23,193 nt of DNA, from contig JBDRNT010000164.1 in assembly GCA_043810925.1 (NCBI GenBank), positions 1 to 23,193 on the forward strand, written 5' to 3'. Each line of letters starts with the position of its first letter. The stretch's first letter is position 1. The DNA comes from Candidatus Eiseniibacteriota bacterium. GTDB lineage: Bacteria > Arandabacterota > Arandabacteria > Arandabacterales > Arandabacteraceae. Position numbers and translations under genes: made by a program. Under the pieces are notes generated by a model, which saw only the letters and a program-made list of their open reading frames with translations, was not told where the DNA came from and searched no databases. Positions 17,166 to 23,193 of this stretch are shown in pieces.

Positions 17166-17852
17166 ATGAAAAAATCCATTTTTGGTGTCATGGGACTTGC
17201 CGCAATATCGCTCGCTATTGTTTTAATTATGGCTGCGGGCGTACTTGCGGCTGATGTTTCAAGGGGCCAGTTCTACACGGAAGAGGAGTACCAGAAGCTG
17301 GGCGGGAAGGAAAGAGAAGCCTATTGTGCTTCGCTTGCAGGTGAGGCCGAACGGCAGGCGTCGATGCTAGGTGACGCCGAGGCTGACCTCGCCGCCGAGC
17401 AGGCAAAGATCGACGATCTCTCGAATACGCTCAAGCAGGTGAATGGCGAACTCGGGCCGGTCCAGGCCGATGTTGCCAGGCTTGAGAAGGAGATCGCGCA
17501 ACTCGAGGCTTTGCCGACCGAGTGGACTGTCCAGAAGGGTGAGTTCCTTTACAAGATTTCGGGATATGAGCAGATTTACAGCGATCCCGTGAAATGGCCG
17601 AGGATCTACAGAGCCAACAGGGACCTGATCGAAGATCCACATCTGATCTTCCCCGGCTGGGTGCTGCAGATCCCGCGAAGCTGGCCCACGGTGCATACGG
17701 TTGCCGAGGGTGAGTGGCTTGCCAAGATCTCCGGTTACTGGGAGATCTATGGCGACTGGCGCCAGTGGACACGTATACATGAGGCCAACAAGGACAAGAT
17801 CACTGATCCTGACCTCATTCTCCCTGGCTGGGAACTCAATATCCCGAGATAG
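17166..17852 (+). CDS. Secreted coiled-coil protein with two C-terminal LysM peptidoglycan-binding domains
   Basis: Signal peptide (MKK...GVLA/A), coiled coil, then two repeats WTVQKGEFLYKIS...WPRIYRANRDLIEDPHLIFPGWVLQIPR and HTVAEGEWLAKIS...WTRIHEANKDKITDPDLILPGWELNIPR. SD AAGGAG. Confidence 0.92.
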   Translation: MKKSIFGVMGLAAISLAIVLIMAAGVLAADVSRGQFYTEEEYQKLGGKEREAYCASLAGEAERQASMLGDAEADLAAEQAKIDDLSNTLKQVNGELGPVQADVARLEKEIAQLEALPTEWTVQKGEFLYKISGYEQIYSDPVKWPRIYRANRDLIEDPHLIFPGWVLQIPRSWPTVHTVAEGEWLAKISGYWEIYGDWRQWTRIHEANKDKITDPDLILPGWELNIPR

Positions 17853-17935
17853 GCTCTACGGGGTGGTGGTGATCTTAACTGGTGACAGGGGAAGATTTCG
17901 AAGAGTCTGACAAGAGACGTTGTTTCGATCTTGAG

Positions 17936-17974
17936 CTCTTGGCCCCTCTACGTCTTGAGGGGCCAAGGGTTTTT
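17936..17974 (+). terminator. Intrinsic (rho-independent) terminator
   Basis: 13-bp stem CTCTTGGCCCCTC / GAGGGGCCAAGGG (one G-U pair), 8-nt loop, followed by TTTTTATTT. Confidence 0.85.
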
Positions 17975-17995
17975 ATTTGCTGAGAGGACAAACAC

Positions 17996-18970
17996 GTGGT
18001 CCGTATAGTCACAGAACGGATAAGCCTCACCGACATAGACCAGGTGGAACTTCTGGGTGGGAATGATGCCAACCTCAGGCTTCTGAGACGGGAGTTCGGC
18101 GCCAAGATAACCGCCCGGGGTGAGGAAATAGTCATTGAAGGCAACAAGGATGAGGTCGGGGCCATAGTGCGTATCCTGGACAACCTGATTGTCAGTGTCA
18201 GGAAGGGTGTGACGATTGGTGAGGGTGACGTGCGTTACGCGATATCAATGGTTTCTCAAAATCAGGGTAGCGAACTCTCCACGTTTCACAATGACAGCGT
18301 GGCGTATCACGATCTCAGGAAGGTAATCCGCGCGAAGACCTTGGGACAGCAGGAATACGTCAAGGCCATGCGTATATATGACATCGTTTTTTCAATAGGG
18401 CCCGCCGGCACAGGCAAGACCTATCTGGCTATGGCTCACGCCGTCTCATCGCTTCAGCGCCGAGATGTCGACCGGATATTGCTGGTCAGACCTGCGGTTG
18501 AGGCGGGTGAAAGCCTGGGGTTCCTGCCGGGCGACTACACCGAGAAGGTCGGCCCGTACTTAAGACCCCTTTACGATGCTCTCTACGAAATGATGCCTGC
18601 TGAGAAGATAAAGAAGCGTCTCGACATGGGGATCATCGAAGTTGCACCACTGGCCTATATGAGAGGAAGAACAGTCAACAACTCATTTGTGATCCTGGAC
18701 GAAGCACAGAACACCACGCTTGACCAGATGAAGATGTTTCTCACGAGGCTCGGCTTCAACTCGAAGGTGGTCATCACAGGTGATATCACGCAGATAGACC
18801 TTTCAGACAAGGGGGATTCAGGTCTGGTTCTAATCCAGGCAATCCTCAAGTCAGTGGAAGGTATCAGTTTCATCTACCTGAGCGAGAAGGACGTGGTGAG
18901 GCACAGGCTGGTTCAGGAGATCATAAAGGCATTTGAAAAGCATGGACCCGACAGGAGGAGACGGAGATAA
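17996..18970 (+). CDS. phoH: PhoH family ATPase (PhoH/YbeZ)
   Basis: KTLGQQEY, GPAGTGKTYLA, RPAVEAGESLGFLPGD, APLAYMRGRT, ILDEAQN, TGDITQIDL, DVVRHRLV. GTG start with GAGAGG SD. Confidence 0.97.
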   Translation: MVRIVTERISLTDIDQVELLGGNDANLRLLRREFGAKITARGEEIVIEGNKDEVGAIVRILDNLIVSVRKGVTIGEGDVRYAISMVSQNQGSELSTFHNDSVAYHDLRKVIRAKTLGQQEYVKAMRIYDIVFSIGPAGTGKTYLAMAHAVSSLQRRDVDRILLVRPAVEAGESLGFLPGDYTEKVGPYLRPLYDALYEMMPAEKIKKRLDMGIIEVAPLAYMRGRTVNNSFVILDEAQNTTLDQMKMFLTRLGFNSKVVITGDITQIDLSDKGDSGLVLIQAILKSVEGISFIYLSEKDVVRHRLVQEIIKAFEKHGPDRRRRR

Positions 18971-18996
18971 GCCGTCCGGCCGGGACATCCCGGACG

Positions 18997-19464
18997 TTGT
19001 CCGATCTCAAGAGCGAAATGCAAGAGTCAGACGGGAGTTCTTCGCTGGACATCCGGGGTCTCCCCGTCCAATTTGAAGATCTGCGGCCGCTTCTTAAGAA
19101 AGCTGCTGAGGACGTACTTGCGGAGCACGACGTCGGATCCTATGCGATAAGCGTCTCCTTTGTCGATGACAGCGAAATCAGCCGGATAAACAAGGAATCG
19201 CTTGATAGATCAGGCGCCACCGACGTGATTGCGTTCGACCTTTCCGAGGACGGACTTCCTATTGAGAAGGTGGGGGACGTGTACATCTCGATCGATACGG
19301 TGGTCGAGAACAGCGCGAGATTCGGTGTCAGACCGGAGGAGGAGCTCCTGAGAGTGGTTGTTCACGGTATCCTGCACGTGCTTGGGTACGAGGATGGAGA
19401 TCCTGCGAGCAGCGAGAGAATGACGGAGGTCCAGGAAATGACTGTTAAAAAGGCTTTCAGGTAG
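18997..19464 (+). CDS. ybeY: rRNA maturation endoribonuclease YbeY
   Basis: ISRINKESL...ATDVIAF, GDVYISID, HGILHVLGYED; follows phoH. Start is uncertain (TTG 18997 or ATG 19018). Confidence 0.92.
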   Translation: MSDLKSEMQESDGSSSLDIRGLPVQFEDLRPLLKKAAEDVLAEHDVGSYAISVSFVDDSEISRINKESLDRSGATDVIAFDLSEDGLPIEKVGDVYISIDTVVENSARFGVRPEEELLRVVVHGILHVLGYEDGDPASSERMTEVQEMTVKKAFR

Positions 19465-19496
19465 GCTCGCAGGTTGACGAAGTTCAGGTAAGGAGA

Positions 19497-20789
19497 GTGA
19501 TGCGGTTGGATCCCTCGTTATTGACGGACATATTACTTCTGATTGTGTTCTTGTGTCTTTCCGCTCTATTCTTTGCGGGTGAATTCGCTTTCTTTTCAGC
19601 CTCCGAGGATGAACTTGAGAAGCGCAAGGACAAACGCGCCAGACTCGCGCTGAGCATGCTTTCGAAGCCCCATGAGCTGATGATCAAGCTTCTCATCGCC
19701 AGTTCGCTTTCGAGCGTTCTGTCGGCCCTTTTCGCCTTGAGAATCGTGTGGCTTGTGTTTCCGCTGGGGACCGCCAAGATCATTGCCTCCATCGTATCCC
19801 TGGTGGTGGTATCGGTCCTGGTTGCGATCCTTGCAAGACTGCTTCCTCGAATCTATGTGGCCAAGAACCCTGAAGCGGCCGCATGCGATCTGGCGAAGCC
19901 GACATTCGTCCTCTTTCTGCCGATCTACCCGGTGGTCAAGACGGTCCTCCTGCTGACCCAGGGACTTTTCGTGGCAGGAGGCCGGGCCAGGGAGATGGTT
20001 CTCAAGTCGGGACAACTGCGTGCCATTGCCAGGGCCGAGGAGAACGGTGAGTCCAACGGGCAGGACGAGCAGGAGATGATCAACGCTATATTCGAGATGA
20101 GAGATACGGTCGTCAGAGAGGTGATGATCCCCCGGATTGACATGGTATGCGCGGAGGCGACCACCACTGTGCATGAAGCCGTCAAGGTGATTGCCGAGGG
20201 CGGACACTCGAGGATTCCCATTTACAACAAGACGATCGACGACATACGCGGTATCCTTCACGCTAGGGACCTGTTCGGGTTTTTGCAGGAGGGTGGGCTG
20301 GACGCCGGCATCGTGGATATCCTGAGAGATGCTTATTTTGTTCCGGAGAGCAAGAAGGTCCAGGATCTCCTGACGGAGCTCAGAGCACGGAAGACTCATA
20401 TGGCTATTGTCGTAGATGAGTTTGGTGGTGTCGTGGGCCTCGTGACCCTTGAAGACGTTCTCGAGGAGATCGTGGGTGAGATCTACGACGAATACGAGGA
20501 GGAGCTGATACTGGTTCAGGTAATCAGCGATGACGAGGTCAGGGTCGATGGCAAGGTCAGGATCGAAGATCTGAACGAGACCATCGGTACCAGGATAGCC
20601 GAAGAGGAAGATTATGACACGATCGCAGGCTATCTCTACAACTTCCTCGGCAAGGTCCCGTCCGAAGGAGACACATATGAAGCGGACGGTCTCAGCTTCG
20701 TGATTAAGAAGGTCACAGGACAGCGGATCGAACAGGTGCTCATAAAGGGTGAGGGCATAGGCGCCGCGGCACGAGAGGCGGACGAGTAA
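19497..20789 (+). CDS. HlyC/CorC (CNNM) family protein: DUF21 membrane domain, CBS pair and CorC_HlyC domain
   Basis: VREVMIPRIDM, HSRIPIY, FVPESKKV, HMAIVVDEFGGVVGLVTLEDVLEEIVGEIYDEYE, YDTIAGY; N-terminal TM helices; follows ybeY. Confidence 0.93.
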   Translation: MMRLDPSLLTDILLLIVFLCLSALFFAGEFAFFSASEDELEKRKDKRARLALSMLSKPHELMIKLLIASSLSSVLSALFALRIVWLVFPLGTAKIIASIVSLVVVSVLVAILARLLPRIYVAKNPEAAACDLAKPTFVLFLPIYPVVKTVLLLTQGLFVAGGRAREMVLKSGQLRAIARAEENGESNGQDEQEMINAIFEMRDTVVREVMIPRIDMVCAEATTTVHEAVKVIAEGGHSRIPIYNKTIDDIRGILHARDLFGFLQEGGLDAGIVDILRDAYFVPESKKVQDLLTELRARKTHMAIVVDEFGGVVGLVTLEDVLEEIVGEIYDEYEEELILVQVISDDEVRVDGKVRIEDLNETIGTRIAEEEDYDTIAGYLYNFLGKVPSEGDTYEADGLSFVIKKVTGQRIEQVLIKGEGIGAAAREADE

Positions 20790-20806
20790 ACGGACATGAA
20801 CGGAAA

Positions 20807-21580
20807 ATGAGTATTCACCGGACACAGGGAGTAGTCCTCAGAACCAGGAAGATCAGGGAGTCAAGCCTGATCGTCGTTTTCTTCACGCGGGATTACGGGA
20901 AGATCTCGGTGGTTGCGAAGGGCAGTCTCAGACCCAAGAGCAAGTTCGGATCGAGTCTCGAACTCTTTACGCGGTCCTCGTTGATATTCTACAAGAAAGA
21001 GAACAGGGATCTCCACACCTTGAGTCACAGCGATATCCTCAGTTCGCACAAGGAACTCAAGAAGGATGTGGTCAAAGTGGCTTATGCGAGTGTGACAAGT
21101 GAGATGGTCGAACGGCTTGTTCCCGGTGAGGAACCCAACAAGCAGCTCTATCTGCTCCTTGACTCCGCTCTCAAGCAGATTGAACTTGCGGAGAGGCAGC
21201 AGCTTGAAGTAGTACTTACATCCTATGTACTCAAGATGTTGCATCTTGTGGGGTATGGGCCCGAACTCACAGGATGTGTGCTTTGCGGCAAGGCGGTCGG
21301 TGACAAGACCTGGTTCGGTCTGGTCTCCGGCGGTATCCTCTGCCGGCAGTGCCACGGCCACGACCTGAATGCGGTCGAGACCAGCCAGGAAGCGCTTGAG
21401 CTTATGAGGAAATACGAATGTGAGCCGCTGGAAGAGCTCAGGCAAGCCCATGCGGCGGACGCGGTGACAAGGGAGATCTCCGACATACTTGGTTCATTTG
21501 TCCGCACTCACGTCGGCGAGGGTGGTAAGATCAAGTCACTGGACTTTCTCGAGAGGATGAGGGATGGCTCCTACGCGTAA
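20807..21580 (+). CDS. recO: DNA repair protein RecO (zinc-finger type)
   Basis: [47 protein letters not shown]...GGILCRQC. Confidence 0.96.
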   Translation: MSIHRTQGVVLRTRKIRESSLIVVFFTRDYGKISVVAKGSLRPKSKFGSSLELFTRSSLIFYKKENRDLHTLSHSDILSSHKELKKDVVKVAYASVTSEMVERLVPGEEPNKQLYLLLDSALKQIELAERQQLEVVLTSYVLKMLHLVGYGPELTGCVLCGKAVGDKTWFGLVSGGILCRQCHGHDLNAVETSQEALELMRKYECEPLEELRQAHAADAVTREISDILGSFVRTHVGEGGKIKSLDFLERMRDGSYA

Positions 21581-22493
21581 GAAGAACAAAGACACGGAAG
21601 GGGCTTCGCTTCAGGATCTGATAATGATTCTGGAGAGATTCTGGGGCGACTACGGCTGCGCCATTCACCAGCCCTACAACACCGAGGTCGGTGCCGGCAC
21701 ATTCAACCCTGCGAGTTTTCTGCGTTCGCTTGGGCCCGAACACTGGAAGGCCGCCCATGTGGAGCCCTCGAGACGCCCGAGGGACGGCAGGTACGGTGAG
21801 AATCCTATGCGGGTGCAGCAGTTTCTTCAGTACCAGGTGGTTGTGAAACCGTCACCCGCGGACATACAGGATGTCTATATCGAGACCCTTATCAAGATGG
21901 GTATCGATCCCAGGGAGCATGACGTGAGATTCGCCGAAGACGACTGGGAGTCACCCACGCTGGGTGCCTGGGGACTGGGATGGCAGGTCTGGCTTGACGG
22001 GATGGAGATCACCCAGTTTACCTATTTCCAGCAGGCCGGCGGTATAGACCTGGATCCGATCACCTGCGAGATAACCTACGGGCTTGAACGGATAGCGATG
22101 TGTATACAGGAAGTCGATGCCATAAGCGACATCCGGTGGAACGATAACTTCACCTGGAAGGACATCTACGGCCCGGCTGAGGTCGAATTCTCGAAATACA
22201 ACTTCGAGGAAGCCGATATAGCGGAGCATTTCAGACTGTTCCAGTTCTACGAGCAGGAGGCCCGCAGACTGGCGGAACTCGGTCTCGTGATGCCCGCGTA
22301 TGACTTCGTACTCAAGTCATCGCACATCTTCAACGTGCTGGATGCGCGGGGGGCGATCAGCGTTACCGAACGAGCGTCGTATATCCTCCGTGTCAGGAAG
22401 ATAGCCAGGCTGGTGGCGCAGAAGTATCTTGCGAAACATACCGGCGCCGGTTGTGACGGGGACGCGAAGGAGTGCGAAGACCCGGGCGTTTGA
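21564..22493 (+). CDS. glyQ: Glycine--tRNA ligase alpha subunit
   Basis: [72 protein letters not shown]. Confidence 0.98.
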   Translation: MAPTRKKNKDTEGASLQDLIMILERFWGDYGCAIHQPYNTEVGAGTFNPASFLRSLGPEHWKAAHVEPSRRPRDGRYGENPMRVQQFLQYQVVVKPSPADIQDVYIETLIKMGIDPREHDVRFAEDDWESPTLGAWGLGWQVWLDGMEITQFTYFQQAGGIDLDPITCEITYGLERIAMCIQEVDAISDIRWNDNFTWKDIYGPAEVEFSKYNFEEADIAEHFRLFQFYEQEARRLAELGLVMPAYDFVLKSSHIFNVLDARGAISVTERASYILRVRKIARLVAQKYLAKHTGAGCDGDAKECEDPGV

Positions 22494-22518
22494 GTATCGA
22501 GATAAGGGGAAACGACAC

Positions 22519-23193
22519 TTGGAGCTACTCTTTGAAATAGGTACCGAGGAAATACCCCCGTCTTACATGCGGCCCGCCCTGGAGGATCTTGCTTCCGGCG
22601 TTGAGGCCGCGCTTAAGAGCGCCGGTATCGAGTTCGGTGAGATCACCACGCTCGGAACGCCGCGACGGCTTGTCCTTATCATAAAGGACCTTGCCGAGAA
22701 AGCCGCGGATTCACGCGAGACCGTTTTCGGTCCACCCGTGAGCGCCGCATTTGATAACTCCGGCAAACCCACGAAGGCAGCCCTGGGATTTGTGAAGTCC
22801 CAGGGGGTAGACATTTCTGACCTGAAGACGGCCAAGAAGGGTAAGGGCGATTATGTCTGCATAGAGAAGCTCACGGAGGGTGCACCTACAGTAGATAATC
22901 TGGGCCTCATCCTGCGGGATGAGCTAAGGGAGGGCGGTGGTGGGATCCGTTTCCCGAAGGTGATGAAGTGGGAAGAGGAGGGACGCCGGTTCGCCAGGCC
23001 GATAAGGTGGCTGGCGCTCGTCATTGACGGCAAGGTAGGTACCGACAGCCACGGGGACCGCTTCTCGTGGACCGGGATCGAAGCAGGCGACATGACCCGG
23101 GGTCACAGGTTTCTCGGGAGCCAGGAGATCAAGATCAAGTCGGTCGATCAGTATCTCGCGGAGCTTAAGCGCAACTTCGTCATCGTGGATCAC
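22519..23193 (+). CDS. glyS: Glycine--tRNA ligase beta subunit (5' part, truncated by the window end; not in the ORF track)
   Basis: Translated by hand from TTG 22519 (AAGGGG upstream): MELLFEIGTEEIPP...GTPRRL...GPP...PTKAALGF...FPKVMKW...FARPIRWL...TRGHRF; open to 23193. Confidence 0.96.
   Translation, partial: MELLFEIGTEEIPPSYMRPALEDLASGVEAALKSAGIEFGEITTLGTPRRLVLIIKDLAEKAADSRETVFGPPVSAAFDNSGKPTKAALGFVKSQGVDISDLKTAKKGKGDYVCIEKLTEGAPTVDNLGLILRDELREGGGGIRFPKVMKWEEEGRRFARPIRWLALVIDGKVGTDSHGDRFSWTGIEAGDMTRGHRFLGSQEIKIKSVDQYLAELKRNFVIVDH

Noticed and set aside
16833-17852. Lipoprotein and LysM genes are in frame, suggesting TGA read-through or a split pseudogene
   Set aside because: Two in-frame TGA stops separate them, the LysM gene has its own SD and signal peptide, and TGA is a normal stop elsewhere in the window.
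19497-20789. Hemolysin or virulence interpretation of the HlyC/CorC protein
   Set aside because: The family name is historical; the domain layout and position after ybeY fit the conserved housekeeping cluster.
19596-20825. 409-aa minus-strand ORF
   Set aside because: Lies almost entirely antisense to the corC-like gene, has no recognisable motif, and is best explained as a shadow ORF of GC-rich coding sequence.
21400-21564. T-box riboswitch upstream of glyQ (or hisS)
   Set aside because: glyQ overlaps recO and hisS overlaps the vanZ-like gene, leaving no leader.
1-23193. CRISPR arrays, tRNA/rRNA genes, transposases, integrases, prophage or defence genes
   Set aside because: No spaced direct repeats or such ORFs were seen; nearly all of the sequence is accounted for by + strand genes.

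Overview
Bacterial core-genome window with every supported gene on the + strand; no CRISPR array, tRNA/rRNA, prophage or transposase was seen. Block 1 (252-16643) is a near gap-free run of 18 genes behind a clear sigma70-type promoter (152-180). It contains a complete nine-gene V/A-type ATPase operon (order H/G-C-I-K-F-E-A-B-D), a universal stress protein coupled to subunit D, a stand-alone PTS EIIA, an MFS transporter, a small 8-Cys protein, System II cytochrome c maturation (ResB/CcsB + CcsA/ResC), a VanZ-like protein, hisS and aspS. Block 2 (16735-17974) is a two-gene unit with its own promoter and terminator: a coiled-coil lipoprotein and a secreted coiled-coil/2xLysM protein. Block 3 (17996-end) is the conserved phoH-ybeY-corC-like-recO-glyQ-glyS cluster; glyS is truncated by the window edge and missing from the ORF track. 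Best leads: (i) the lipoprotein + LysM pair as a possible two-part, disulfide-linked membrane-to-peptidoglycan tether; (ii) USP + orphan EIIA as candidate regulators of the V/A-ATPase; (iii) an ATPase leader holding a REP-like palindrome and a 15-codon uORF coupled to the first gene; (iv) a CorC/CNNM homolog lacking the canonical Mg2+-binding Glu. All family calls come from motif recognition by eye; no database searches were run.
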